A stretch of DNA of 49,112 nucleotides from a virus (Duplodnaviria; Caudoviricetes), in IMG/VR virus record IMGVR_UViG_3300015050_000653, positions 1 to 49,112 of that record, one strand, 5' to 3'. A program made the position numbers and the translations under genes. The notes beneath the pieces are model-generated. The model ran no database searches and was not told the origin of the DNA. It saw only the letters and a program-made list of their open reading frames with translations. This document shows, one piece after another, positions 27,015-35,814 of the stretch (positions within the stretch are counted from its first letter, which is position 1; each line of letters starts with the position of its first letter).

Positions 27015-27066
27015 TCTTGCAGTCTGCAAGATTTCAGTTGCCTTTCGTCTTTGCATAATGCAATGT
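27015..27066 (+). promoter_or_regulatory. Rightward early promoter/operator region
   Basis: TCTTGCAGTCTGCAAGA (27015-27031) and TTGCATAATGCAA (27051-27063); TTGCCT at 27038. Confidence 0.7.
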
Positions 27067-27101
27067 CTCCTCATCAGCCCACACGGGCAGGGAGATGAGA
27101 G

Positions 27102-27890
27102 ATGGCGACGGAACTGGACTTCACCCTTCTGGAAAAACTCGGGCCGCTGAAAAATGGCGGCCACAAAGGCCCCGGCGATGGGGCCTGCGTGATGGAAGCT
27201 GTCGCGTTTGTCGCTGGCGAGCCTTGGTCCGATCACCCCGAATGCGTGTCGCCCGTCATCGGCGCTTTCCTCCGCAACTGGAACGACAACCTCCCGACTG
27301 ATGCGGATCGCGACCGCCTTCTCAAGCCGCTGATCCCGCTCATCATCAACACCCGCTCGACGCAGGCCATCGAGGAACGGCGCTCCTATCTCGCGCTCGA
27401 CTGGATGATCCGCACCTTCCTGCCGAAGTGGTTGCGCCTCGCGAAGATCAACGATCACGCTAACAAGGTCGAAGCGCTCTCTCCCATCATTGACATGGAA
27501 ACGGCGACAGCCGCCGGCCCCGTCGTACGCGCCGCCAATGAAGCGGCTTCGAAAGCGAGGGCCGCAGCGTGGGACGCAGCGGGGGCCGCAGCGAGGGCCG
27601 AAGCGTGGGACGCAGCGTGGGCCGCAGCGAGGGACGCAGCGAGGGCCGCAGCGGGGGCCGCAGCGAGGGCCGCAGCGTGGGACGCAGCGTGGGCCGCAGC
27701 GTGGGACGCAGCGGGGGCCGCAGCGTGGGACGCAGCGGGGGCCGCAGCGTGGGACGCAGCGGGGGCCGCAGCGGGGGACGCAGCGAGGGCCGCAGCGTGG
27801 GACGCACTCAAAGAAACCCGTGACCAGCTTCAGCTATCCGCCGTCGATCTCGTCAAGCGCATGGCTGCAATTCAAGGAGCCCAATCGTGA
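27102..27890 (+). CDS. Phage protein with Ala-rich (A/D)AA(W/G/R) tetrad repeats
   Basis: [26 protein letters not shown]-terminal domain plus 20 tetrads. Confidence 0.75.
   Translation: MATELDFTLLEKLGPLKNGGHKGPGDGACVMEAVAFVAGEPWSDHPECVSPVIGAFLRNWNDNLPTDADRDRLLKPLIPLIINTRSTQAIEERRSYLALDWMIRTFLPKWLRLAKINDHANKVEALSPIIDMETATAAGPVVRAANEAASKARAAAWDAAGAAARAEAWDAAWAAARDAARAAAGAAARAAAWDAAWAAAWDAAGAAAWDAAGAAAWDAAGAAAGDAARAAAWDALKETRDQLQLSAVDLVKRMAAIQGAQS
27561..27806 (+). repeat. 12-bp coding tandem repeat, 20 units
   Basis: Unit G(C/A)C GCA GCG (T/G/A)GG. Confidence 0.95.
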
Positions 27891-28120
27891 ACCCCGTCAA
27901 CGAAACAGACTTGGGCCGTGAGGTCCGAATTGAAGTCGCCCGCATCCTGAAGCGCTTCGGCGATTGCGATCTGGCAGGGGTCAAGGTTTCGACCCTGCGC
28001 AAGATCGACCAGCTCATCAACCCAGAGCCGGAGACCTTCGAAATCCGCCCCACCCCCGCTCCCTACCTCGCCATGGAGCAGGCTCGTGTTGATCGCCTCC
28101 TGTTCGAGGTCGCACAATGA
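27887..28120 (+). CDS. Hypothetical protein
   Basis: Coupled GTG start with AAGGAG. Confidence 0.6.
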   Translation: MNPVNETDLGREVRIEVARILKRFGDCDLAGVKVSTLRKIDQLINPEPETFEIRPTPAPYLAMEQARVDRLLFEVAQ

Positions 28121-28452
28121 GCAGCTTCAACGATCACGGCAACGCGTTCAAGTCCGAGGGCTTCCAGCCCGACTACGCCCCGCCGCCGCGCTTCACCCTG
28201 CATGCAACTGACGATCTGGTCGGCCAGCTTGCCTTCAAGATGAAGCAGGAAGCAACCTCAGCGCGCATCCATGCCGAGAGGCTGGAACAGCTCTGCGACC
28301 AGAGCCTAGCCGATGAGGCTTTCACGCAGGCTCGCGCAGAACTCACCGCTTCGATGAAAGCCTGTGCGGATGCTCTGGCGGAAGCGATTGCGTATCTGAC
28401 GCGCAACGAGCCGCAGATGATTGCGCATCCTGAGAAGGTGAGGGCTGCGTAG
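28117..28452 (+). CDS. Hypothetical protein
   Basis: Coupled ATG start with GAGG. Confidence 0.6.
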   Translation: MSSFNDHGNAFKSEGFQPDYAPPPRFTLHATDDLVGQLAFKMKQEATSARIHAERLEQLCDQSLADEAFTQARAELTASMKACADALAEAIAYLTRNEPQMIAHPEKVRAA

Positions 28453-28454
28453 CC

Positions 28455-28823
28455 ATGACCCTCACTGAAGAAGAAGCGAAGACGAAGTGGTGTCCTTTCG
28501 CGCGCGGCGCTCTGGCGCACGTTATGAGCAAGAGCGGTGACGAGCAGTTTGAGCAGCTCGCTATCCAGCCGGGCACTGGCTACAATCGCATTCAGCGCTC
28601 TTCTCAGGATCGCACAGAGACGCAGACCGGCATGCCGATGTCATGTTGCTGCTTGGGCTCTGCCTGCATGGCTTGGCGCTGGCGCGGTTGGGTCAACTTG
28701 ATGGCTGACGGGTCGCACGAGGTCGATGAGACAACTGGCGGCTTTGCTTATGGACAGGGCAAAACACAAGCGCCTCACGGATGCAATCATCTTGGCTACT
28801 GCGGACTGGCGGGCAAGCCATGA
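28455..28823 (+). CDS. Cys-rich hypothetical phage protein
   Basis: TEEEAKTKWCPF, CLGSACMAWRW and GYCGLAGKP motifs. Confidence 0.7.
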   Translation: MTLTEEEAKTKWCPFARGALAHVMSKSGDEQFEQLAIQPGTGYNRIQRSSQDRTETQTGMPMSCCCLGSACMAWRWRGWVNLMADGSHEVDETTGGFAYGQGKTQAPHGCNHLGYCGLAGKP

Positions 28824-29002
28824 CCAACGTCATCCACATCAACTTCGCCAAGCCCCGCCGCAAGCCTGTTGATGCGATCTCGGAAAGCCTCGCTGAGTTC
28901 AGGATAGCAGCCCTGCGCTCTGAGAAGATCGCCGAGGAGCTGGAGAAGCTAGAGCGCGAGATTGAGGACATCCTGCGTGATTATCCGAGAGGTGCGCTGT
29001 GA
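28820..29002 (+). CDS. Small coiled-coil protein
   Basis: Coupled ATG (MTNVIHINF). Confidence 0.6.
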   Translation: MTNVIHINFAKPRRKPVDAISESLAEFRIAALRSEKIAEELEKLEREIEDILRDYPRGAL

Positions 29003-29091
29003 GCGCCTACGATCTCGCCACCGTGCTCTTGGTCATAGCACTGGCCCTGTTCGCCTTCGTCATCATGCCACACACAAAGGACCCGCAATGA
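28999..29091 (+). CDS. Small membrane peptide (30 aa), not in ORF track
   Basis: MSAYDLATVLLVIALALFAFVIMPHTKDPQ; GTGA and ATGA overlaps at its ends. Confidence 0.6.
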   Translation: MSAYDLATVLLVIALALFAFVIMPHTKDPQ

Positions 29092-29987
29092 GCGCTCTAG
29101 CCAGAACTGAAGTCCGACACACCTCGCTCGAGGAAATGCAGGCGTTTGCCGAAGCTGCCGTGAAGTCGAAGTTCTACGGCTTCAAGAGCGCCGACGAGAT
29201 GCTGCCGCTTATGATTATCGCGCAGAGCGAGGGCCGCTCATTCGCAAGCGTCGTGCAGGAATATGACATCATTCAGGGCAAGCCTTCATTGAAGGCCGAA
29301 GCGATGCTGGCGCGCTTTCAAAAAGCGGGCGGGCATATCCAGTGGACGGAGCTATCCGACACCCGCTGCGCCGCGATCTTCTCGCATCCCCAGTGCGCCC
29401 CGGTCGAAATTGACTGGGACATGAAGCGCGCCCAGCAGGCTCAGATCAAGAACCACATGTGGCAGAAGTATCCCCGCAACATGCTCAAGGCGCGCACCAT
29501 CAGCGATGGCGTCCGCACCGCTTACCCGGCCTGCTTGGGCGGCATGTATACGCCCGAAGAGGTCTCCGACTTTACCCCCGCGCAAGTCTCTCCCCCCTCG
29601 CAGCGCGGCGGGCAACTGGCGGCTCCCGAAGAGACTGGACAGTCTGAAGCGCTTCGGGAGCCGACTTCTTTCCACGATCAGCCTAGCAACGTCCCGGGCG
29701 GCTTCAAGAGCCTGAAGACCATCGAGGTCGACGAAGAGCAGCGCACCGACCACACGCAGGACCCGGAATGGTCCGTTCTCTCCACCAGCCTGCGCGGCAA
29801 TTGCGAGACGAAGGCCGATGTCCACACATGGTGGGATGCGAAGAAGAAGGATCTGAAAGCCAAAAAACCGCACTTCGCCCGCGCGTTTCATTCCCTGGTG
29901 GTTCTGCCCTTCGCGGATGAGCTGGCCGAGCAGGTTTGGCAGGACGATGACGAGTCGCACCCACACGATGTGGAGGCGTTCACCTGA
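29088..29987 (+). CDS. RecT/Redbeta-like single-strand annealing protein
   Basis: IIQGKPSLKAEAM and WQKYPRNMLKAR...RTAYP..LGGMYTPEE motifs; start at MSALAR. Confidence 0.75.
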   Translation: MSALARTEVRHTSLEEMQAFAEAAVKSKFYGFKSADEMLPLMIIAQSEGRSFASVVQEYDIIQGKPSLKAEAMLARFQKAGGHIQWTELSDTRCAAIFSHPQCAPVEIDWDMKRAQQAQIKNHMWQKYPRNMLKARTISDGVRTAYPACLGGMYTPEEVSDFTPAQVSPPSQRGGQLAAPEETGQSEALREPTSFHDQPSNVPGGFKSLKTIEVDEEQRTDHTQDPEWSVLSTSLRGNCETKADVHTWWDAKKKDLKAKKPHFARAFHSLVVLPFADELAEQVWQDDDESHPHDVEAFT

Positions 29988-30463
29988 TGGCAACCGAGTT
30001 GCGCCTGACCCGAACGCTGCGAGGCTTTGAGCCAAGCGACGATGAAAGCCGTGAGGCCATCAAGGCTATCAAGATCGGCACTGAAATGAAGTGCGAGGTT
30101 CGCGTTGCCCGTGATGGCGCGCGGCTTCGCTACTTCTTCGGGCTCTGCAAGACCGTTCTCGATAACACCGACGAGTTCCTAAACACGGACGCGGTGAAGG
30201 AATCGATCAAGTTGGGCATTGGCTGGGTCAACCTGGTGCAGGTGTACGACGAGGAAAAGGGCTGGCGCATCGAACGGACGCCCAAGTCCATCAGCTTCGC
30301 GAAGATGGATGAGGTCGAGTTCCGGGAGTTCGTGAAGCAGGCTGAACACTACGTCTGCATGGCGCTTGGCGTGACGAGCGACCAGCTAGCCGACGCGCTG
30401 ACGGACTACATTGCGCCGGGACTGCGCCGGGAAGCGGCCTCCCGTAGCAAGGTGGGGGTGTAG
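29987..30463 (+). CDS. DUF1367-like recombination-associated protein
   Basis: PKSISFAKMDEVEF motif; follows the annealase. Confidence 0.75.
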   Translation: MATELRLTRTLRGFEPSDDESREAIKAIKIGTEMKCEVRVARDGARLRYFFGLCKTVLDNTDEFLNTDAVKESIKLGIGWVNLVQVYDEEKGWRIERTPKSISFAKMDEVEFREFVKQAEHYVCMALGVTSDQLADALTDYIAPGLRREAASRSKVGV

Positions 30464-30464
30464 G

Positions 30465-30845
30465 ATGGCGACCAAGAAGCGCAAGCCGCGCGCAACAAAG
30501 CCTACCGCCGCGCAGCACGCGCGAGCCGAAGCCGCGATGAAGCAGGCGATGCACGACCCTGTCACGCGCGACCTGTGCAGGCACGCCACGGAAACATGCG
30601 TTCGCGCCGTCCTAAGCGCGCAGGGGTTAGCTGATCTGCAGGCTGGCCGGGTGCTGATTGCACTGGAGTGCGCCGTTGCAATTCTGCTGGCTGAATCCGC
30701 GCGGCTGAAGTTCGCCGGAAAGCTTGATACTCCGCTGGGAGAAGTTCTCAACCAGCTCACTCACGACATGCTTTTCATGGTCAGCCCGGAGCACATCATG
30801 TCGGGCGAAAAGATGTTGATGGAGGCGGCGAAGCGCGATGGCTGA
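30465..30845 (+). CDS. Hypothetical protein
   Basis: Start at MATKKR, directly after the previous stop. Confidence 0.55.
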   Translation: MATKKRKPRATKPTAAQHARAEAAMKQAMHDPVTRDLCRHATETCVRAVLSAQGLADLQAGRVLIALECAVAILLAESARLKFAGKLDTPLGEVLNQLTHDMLFMVSPEHIMSGEKMLMEAAKRDG

Positions 30846-31308
30846 CGACGCTCTCCCCTTCGGCAAAGACAGGAAGCCCGATCTGGCCAAGCCGGGGCCA
30901 CGCTCCCCGCTGTCCAAGTTCGAATTTGCCGTGAAGTTCTTAGAACAGCAGGGGCGCTGCTACCTGTGCAACGGCAAGCTGGAGCGTGGCAAGGTCATCG
31001 ATGAGCACGACCCGCCGCGTGAGACTATGCCCGCCGCGATCTGCGACAACCTGGAGTTCCGCAAGCTGGCCTGCCGCGCCTGCGCCAAGGCCAAGACGAT
31101 TGCCGACCAAGGTGTCATCGCAAAACAGCGCCGCATCCGAGGCGAGAAAGGCCAGCGTGCCCGCCGCGCGAAGAACGGTCCTCAAATCCAATCCAGAGGC
31201 TTTCCCCAGATGCCCGAAACCCGCGACCCGAAGAAATGGCAGAGCGCTGGCTTCGACAAGACCCGGTCGAGGGGCTTTGACGGTAAGGTGAGGGAGAGGG
31301 CGAAGTGA
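30838..31308 (+). CDS. Degenerate HNH endonuclease-like protein
   Basis: QQGRCYLC...DEH...N...CRAC..KT..D; basic tail. Confidence 0.7.
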   Translation: MADDALPFGKDRKPDLAKPGPRSPLSKFEFAVKFLEQQGRCYLCNGKLERGKVIDEHDPPRETMPAAICDNLEFRKLACRACAKAKTIADQGVIAKQRRIRGEKGQRARRAKNGPQIQSRGFPQMPETRDPKKWQSAGFDKTRSRGFDGKVRERAK

Positions 31309-31622
31309 CCCATCTGCCCCGCCATGACAGCGACGTTGCTGCCGAGCTGGGCTACGGCGTCCGGTTTTTCCGCAGGATTCTGGACGCTACCCCCGGTTCA
31401 CACTTGCTGAAGGGTCGGGAGAGATATTTGCTGCCGCGACACGTCGAGGTCGCGATCAAGGCCTTGGAGAATGCCCCGTGCCGCTCAAGCTCCACCCGCC
31501 CGGTAAAAGAGGCTTCACGACGTACTTCGCGCGCGGAACCGTCGCGGGAAGACGTGTGGAAGAAAGCCTTGGAACTCGCGACCGGAAAGTCGCAGTCCGC
31601 AAGCTCGCTGAACGGCAGATAG
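31305..31622 (+). CDS. Excisionase-like DNA-binding protein
   Basis: DVAAELGYG.R HTH; overlaps the 5' end of the integrase. Confidence 0.55.
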   Translation: MTHLPRHDSDVAAELGYGVRFFRRILDATPGSHLLKGRERYLLPRHVEVAIKALENAPCRSSSTRPVKEASRRTSRAEPSREDVWKKALELATGKSQSASSLNGR

Positions 31623-32494
31623 AACTTGAAGATACTGTCGGGAAATCAGCGCAGACGACATTCGCCGCAGCCGCCGTGGCCTATCTCAATGATGGAGGCG
31701 AGGGGCGCTATCTACCGCCTATTCTCAAATGGTTCGGCCCGGACACGCTGGTGGATGACGTGAGCATCCAAGACGTCGCCGCCGCCGCCCAAGCGCTGAA
31801 ACCCAAGGTAAGCGCACAGACCCGCCATCGCTGCGTCATCACGCCGATCCGCGCGGTGCTGGAGCATTACCGGAGGGGCGGCCCGCGCCAGAAGCATAAC
31901 GACAACGCCCGCACGCGCTGGCTGACGCCACAGGAGGCCGACGCGCTGATCGACGCCGCAGCCCCGCAGATGCGCCGGATCATCCTGACGCTGCTGGGAA
32001 CGGGTTGCAGGACGAGCGAGCTGGTGAAGCTACAGGTGGGCGATATTCGCGGCCCGTCTGCCCAGATCTGGATTGCCGACCCGAAGAACGAACGGCCACG
32101 CTGGAGCGCTGTGGAGCGCTCACGGGCGCTTCCGGCATTGCTGGAGGGATTGCCCAAGCAGGGTGCCGCTTTCCGCACCCAGCACGGCGAGGCGTACACG
32201 ATCCGGCCCAACAACTCGGGCGGTCAGTTCGCGGTGGCGTTCAATCGCGCCAGAGAAGCCGCTGGGCTGGGGGAAGACGTCACCCCGCACGCTCTGCGCC
32301 ATACCTGGGCCACATGGTTCTACGCGGCCCACAAGGACCTTGCAGCCCTGATGGCGAATGGCGGCTGGGTCAGTGTCACGATGGCGATGCGCTACACCAA
32401 GCTAGCACCTGCCGATCTCCCGGCCCAACTGGAAGCGCATGGCTGGCGCTTTGAAACGGGCTCGAACGCTGGGAGGCGGCTCCATGCGGTATGA
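31478..32494 (+). CDS. int: Tyrosine integrase
   Basis: TGCRTSE, PKN, HALRHTW, GGW and MRY catalytic motifs; arm-binding N-terminus (RVEESLGTRD). Confidence 0.92.
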   Translation: MPLKLHPPGKRGFTTYFARGTVAGRRVEESLGTRDRKVAVRKLAERQIELEDTVGKSAQTTFAAAAVAYLNDGGEGRYLPPILKWFGPDTLVDDVSIQDVAAAAQALKPKVSAQTRHRCVITPIRAVLEHYRRGGPRQKHNDNARTRWLTPQEADALIDAAAPQMRRIILTLLGTGCRTSELVKLQVGDIRGPSAQIWIADPKNERPRWSAVERSRALPALLEGLPKQGAAFRTQHGEAYTIRPNNSGGQFAVAFNRAREAAGLGEDVTPHALRHTWATWFYAAHKDLAALMANGGWVSVTMAMRYTKLAPADLPAQLEAHGWRFETGSNAGRRLHAV

Positions 32495-32607
32495 AGCAGG
32501 AACGTCTTCCCCCGCAGTTTCCCCCACCTACCACGTTCGTTCCGGGACAATCGCGGCCCATCGCGGACAATTGCCGGAGGCCGTTTTCGCTCAGAACCCC
32601 AGCAGAC

Positions 32608-32670
32608 TGGCGGAGAGGATGGGATTCGAACCCACGAAGGGGTTACCCCCTTACGCCCTTAGCAGGGGCG
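32608..32670 (-). other. attP core = 3' part of tRNA-Ser(GCT)
   Basis: Minus strand CGCCC-CTGCTAA-GGGCG anticodon arm, long variable arm, GGTTCGAATCC T arm and CCTCTCCGCCA end; no 5' half; next to int. Confidence 0.88.
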
Positions 32671-32770
32671 GCATACGGTTCAGAAACTACAATGAAAACA
32701 GGGCTATCGCGCTAGATTTGGCTGGTATCCCCCATTTATCCCCCGTTTCGGGATATTCACAGGTTCCGGC

Positions 32771-33394
32771 ATGACCCAGAACACCAGCCACGCCGTCATG
32801 CAGCAGCGCCATGAAGCGCACGACAGCCTAGACGACTTCCCATCGCCCCCATGGAGCGGTCGAGCACTCTGCGAGCATGTGCTGAAGGGAAATGGCCTAG
32901 GGCCTCAGGACGTGGTCTGGGAGCCCGCCTGCAATCGCGGCTATCTGGTTCGCGGCCTAGCTGACTACGTGGGCCGGATCCACTGCACCGATATCCATGA
33001 CTATGGACTGGCCGACGCTACGCAGGAAGATTTCCTCATGCCGCTACGGAATAGCGCTGAGGCTGACTGGGTCATCACGAACCCACCTTTCCGGCTCGCC
33101 TCCCAGTTCGCGGAGCGCTGCCGGATCCTGAAGCCGCACAAGGGCTATGCCCTGCTCGTCCGGTCTGCTTTCCTTGAAGGCGTCGATCGCTATGAGACGC
33201 TGTTCAAGCCTCACCCGCCGTCGATCATTGCCCAGTTTGTGGAGCGGGTGCCCATGGTGAAGGGCCGGCACGATCCAAACGCCAGCACCGCGACTTCGTA
33301 CACTTGGCTCGTCTGGCTGACTGGCGCCCGTGGGACGAAGTTCGTGTGGATCCCGCCCTGTCGTCGCCAGCTTCAAAAAGCTTCAGACGCATGA
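32771..33394 (+). CDS. Orphan N6-adenine DNA methyltransferase
   Basis: DDFPSPPW, WEPACNRG (motif I) and ITNPPF (motif IV). Confidence 0.85.
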   Translation: MTQNTSHAVMQQRHEAHDSLDDFPSPPWSGRALCEHVLKGNGLGPQDVVWEPACNRGYLVRGLADYVGRIHCTDIHDYGLADATQEDFLMPLRNSAEADWVITNPPFRLASQFAERCRILKPHKGYALLVRSAFLEGVDRYETLFKPHPPSIIAQFVERVPMVKGRHDPNASTATSYTWLVWLTGARGTKFVWIPPCRRQLQKASDA

Positions 33395-33427
33395 CGCCCC
33401 ACCCCCCCAGGAATAGGAAACTGAGAG

Positions 33428-33685
33428 ATGCCAACGTTGGAGGAAGTTCACACGCTATACCCGACCAATTTCCGTGATCCAGCCGCAACGCTGCGCGTCA
33501 TCGCGGATGAAATCGAGGCCGGAAAGCACGGAGAGGTTACGCAAGTCGCTGTCGTGCTTCTAGGGGAAACATGCGAGGTGTTCGGCGCTGGGCCTGACGC
33601 CGATGGCGGCACGGTTGCGATCCTGTTGCAAGCCGGTGCGCAGCGCATGATTTCGGCTGTGGCAAACCATGGGAGGGACGAATGA
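33428..33685 (+). CDS. Hypothetical protein
   Basis: 85 aa; LRVIADEIEAG motif. Confidence 0.6.
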   Translation: MPTLEEVHTLYPTNFRDPAATLRVIADEIEAGKHGEVTQVAVVLLGETCEVFGAGPDADGGTVAILLQAGAQRMISAVANHGRDE

Positions 33686-33891
33686 CCCCCACCCTAGACA
33701 CCAAGGCTCTGGAGGCTGCTGCTATGGCGCTGCACGCACGATACGAAGAGATTTCCCATTGGGTAAGGACGCTAAAGAACGCGCCACGCTCGCTGGAAGA
33801 CAGCGGCCTTCGTGACATTTACATGCTCGACGCCAGCGCCGCCGTCTCTGCATATCTGGCAGCACTCACAGCACAGGAGCCGCGCTCGTGA
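33682..33891 (+). CDS. Hypothetical protein
   Basis: Coupled start with GGAGG. Confidence 0.6.
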   Translation: MTPTLDTKALEAAAMALHARYEEISHWVRTLKNAPRSLEDSGLRDIYMLDASAAVSAYLAALTAQEPRS

Positions 33892-34304
33892 GCAACCTGC
33901 AAGCCCTACTGGAGAGAGTTGAAGCTGCGAGTGGGCCGGATCGGGATATTGATCTTGAACTTGCGCTCATAGGTTACCCACACACAACGCGCGAGCATTG
34001 GCTTACCGATGAGCTTGGTCGGTTAGCGTTCGGGTCCCAGCGCCGCTACACCGCCAGCTTAGACGCTGCTGTTGGGCTGGTGGAGAAGATGCTGCCGGGT
34101 CGGTCATGGGAAGTTCGGGAACAGAAGCATTCCAGCTTTCCGAGAGCAATCGGCGCTCAGGCGCTGATAATGTCGATGTCAGAGAATGAAACCATGCGCG
34201 GCGATTCCTCCGCACGCGCCAAAACCCCAGCCCTCGCCCTGATCGCCGCGCTTCTAAAAGCAATGATCTATCAATCCAACCCAGAGAGACCTGGAGTTGA
34301 ATAG
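33888..34304 (+). CDS. Conserved phage hypothetical protein
   Basis: LLERVEAASGPDRDID, YTASLDAA..L...LPG and TPALAL motifs. Confidence 0.7.
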   Translation: MSNLQALLERVEAASGPDRDIDLELALIGYPHTTREHWLTDELGRLAFGSQRRYTASLDAAVGLVEKMLPGRSWEVREQKHSSFPRAIGAQALIMSMSENETMRGDSSARAKTPALALIAALLKAMIYQSNPERPGVE

Positions 34305-34379
34305 TCTGGGGGGCTACTCGTTCGCATTCAGTGCTTGGCGTGATACCTTAGTTCGCAATTGATTTGAGGACGTTTCAAC

Positions 34380-34838
34380 ATGCTCACGGAAGACAATCAC
34401 GCGACGCGCACCGCCACCGAAGTCTGGAGCGATGCGCGCGGACGCTCGCAGAAGCGCTTTGTCGATCAGGTTTGCAATGACATGCTGGACGGTGTCCGCG
34501 CTTATCCGCGCGTTCCCGGAGAGCTTCCCAAGCATGATATCGTGATGACATCTGAAGGCCCGGACGCAATGCTGGAACGCTTCAAGCGCGAGCCCGACAT
34601 GCTCGCAAGCTTCCTGCCTGAGGGCTTCGCAGTCATCGAGCTTAGGCATCTCGACAAGATGCTGGAAATGCTTTCCGGCGCGATCCCAACGCCGACGTCG
34701 CCTTTCGCCAAGTCTCTTGGCCCCGTCGATGGCAAGTCCATGGCGGAGTATATGCTGCGGGTGTCAGCCGATCGCCTCTATGGCATGTCAGAGCTTGCGC
34801 GGCGCCAGCACGACGAGAAGCAGGAGCGCTCCCGCTAA
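34380..34838 (+). CDS. Hypothetical protein, last gene of the rightward arm
   Basis: GAGG RBS after an AT-richer gap; converges with the late operon. Confidence 0.55.
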   Translation: MLTEDNHATRTATEVWSDARGRSQKRFVDQVCNDMLDGVRAYPRVPGELPKHDIVMTSEGPDAMLERFKREPDMLASFLPEGFAVIELRHLDKMLEMLSGAIPTPTSPFAKSLGPVDGKSMAEYMLRVSADRLYGMSELARRQHDEKQERSR

Positions 34839-34981
34839 CCCTTCACAATCAGAACAATCGCCTGAAGGACTATAACCAGACATCCTATCCCAGCTACTCC
34901 AGCCACCCACCCCGGAAGATCCTGACGTCTGCGCCCGGGAGTTCTGAAGGTCAGGCTCGCCGGGCGCTTGGTCGGGAACAT
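34835..34981 (-). CDS. Small membrane protein (48 aa)
   Basis: Start reassigned to the coupled ATG (MFPTKR); C-terminal transmembrane segment. Confidence 0.5.
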   Translation of the reverse strand: MFPTKRPASLTFRTPGRRRQDLPGWVAGVAGIGCLVIVLQAIVLIVKG

Positions 34982-35211
34982 CAGGCGCTCTTCACCTGAG
35001 GGCGGAGGGTCCAGAAATGCCACACCACAAGCCAGATCGCCGCGAGCGACAGGACGTCCATCAGCCATGCGATGGTGATCAGAGACCGCAGGCCCATCGG
35101 ATCGATCCCGGCGAAGCGGACGGAGATCACCCACACGACGAGGATGGTATAGGCAAGCCGTCGAATGTAGCTCCACGACACGTCAGGCACGTTCACTTGT
35201 TTGGTAGCCAT
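34981..35211 (-). CDS. Two-TM membrane protein, holin candidate
   Basis: GAGGAG RBS; two hydrophobic helices; downstream of the spanins. Confidence 0.55.
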   Translation of the reverse strand: MATKQVNVPDVSWSYIRRLAYTILVVWVISVRFAGIDPMGLRSLITIAWLMDVLSLAAIWLVVWHFWTLRPQVKSA

Positions 35212-35226
35212 TCTAGTCTCCTCGGG

Positions 35227-35496
35227 TTAAGCCTTGCAGCCGGCAGCGAGAAACTGCGCGGCGTTATTGGTGACGTAGGACTTCGCAGCAGCGGGCCAGC
35301 TGTCGTATTCGGCGCGGGAGATTTGCTCAGGCGTCTGCCCGCGACAGAACTCAATCAGCAGGGCGACACGCTGATCTTCCAGCGGCTTCACCGCCTCTTT
35401 AATCTCGGAAGATGACGCCCGCGATGGGGTCTGGCACGAGGTCAGAACTGGGAAAATCAGGGCTAGTATCACGAGCGCGAATAGCCTGGTCGGCAT
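35227..35496 (-). CDS. o-spanin (Rz1-like lipoprotein)
   Basis: Signal peptide with lipobox VLTSC; overlaps the 3' end of the i-spanin in another frame. Confidence 0.75.
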   Translation of the reverse strand: MPTRLFALVILALIFPVLTSCQTPSRASSSEIKEAVKPLEDQRVALLIEFCRGQTPEQISRAEYDSWPAAAKSYVTNNAAQFLAAGCKA

Positions 35497-35719
35497 GGGT
35501 TCTCTCTTCATTGATGATGGTTGTGGAACGCTCGTTTACAGCTACGCGTACTTCGGCTTGCTTGACCTTCACTCCGTCCAGCACGTCCTCCCGCACTTTG
35601 GCGTCGTGTCTGGCGATGATGAATTTACCGGTGAGAAAAAGCATGACGAACGCCCCGCCCCACATGAGCGCGGTTCGCACCCAAGGCGGAAGGCCCTGCC
35701 AAAAAAGGGCGAGGCTCAT
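35399..35719 (-). CDS. i-spanin (Rz-like)
   Basis: N-terminal transmembrane segment plus helical periplasmic part; downstream of the endolysin. Confidence 0.7.
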   Translation of the reverse strand: MSLALFWQGLPPWVRTALMWGGAFVMLFLTGKFIIARHDAKVREDVLDGVKVKQAEVRVAVNERSTTIINEERTHADQAIRARDTSPDFPSSDLVPDPIAGVIFRD

Positions 35720-35814
35720 TGTGTGACCTTTCAAATGCTCCTAGATTCATGACGGCGAAGGGAGCGTTGGAGCGCTCAACCTCCGCCTGACCACAAGGCT
35801 CTTGGAGGAGCATC

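Noticed and set aside
27561-27806. CRISPR array or DGR repeat
   Set aside because: Contiguous 12-bp in-frame units with no spacers; no cas or reverse transcriptase genes in the genome.
27455-27921. Alternative-frame repeat ORFs (RGPQ, GRSV, RPPL, AASH)
   Set aside because: Shadows of the stop-free tandem repeat.
32608-32670. Functional phage tRNA-Ser gene
   Set aside because: The 5' acceptor strand and D arm are missing; it fits an attP core.
32771-33394. Calling the methyltransferase CcrM or part of a restriction-modification system
   Set aside because: Motif order and NPPF differ from CcrM; no adjacent restriction gene is recognisable.
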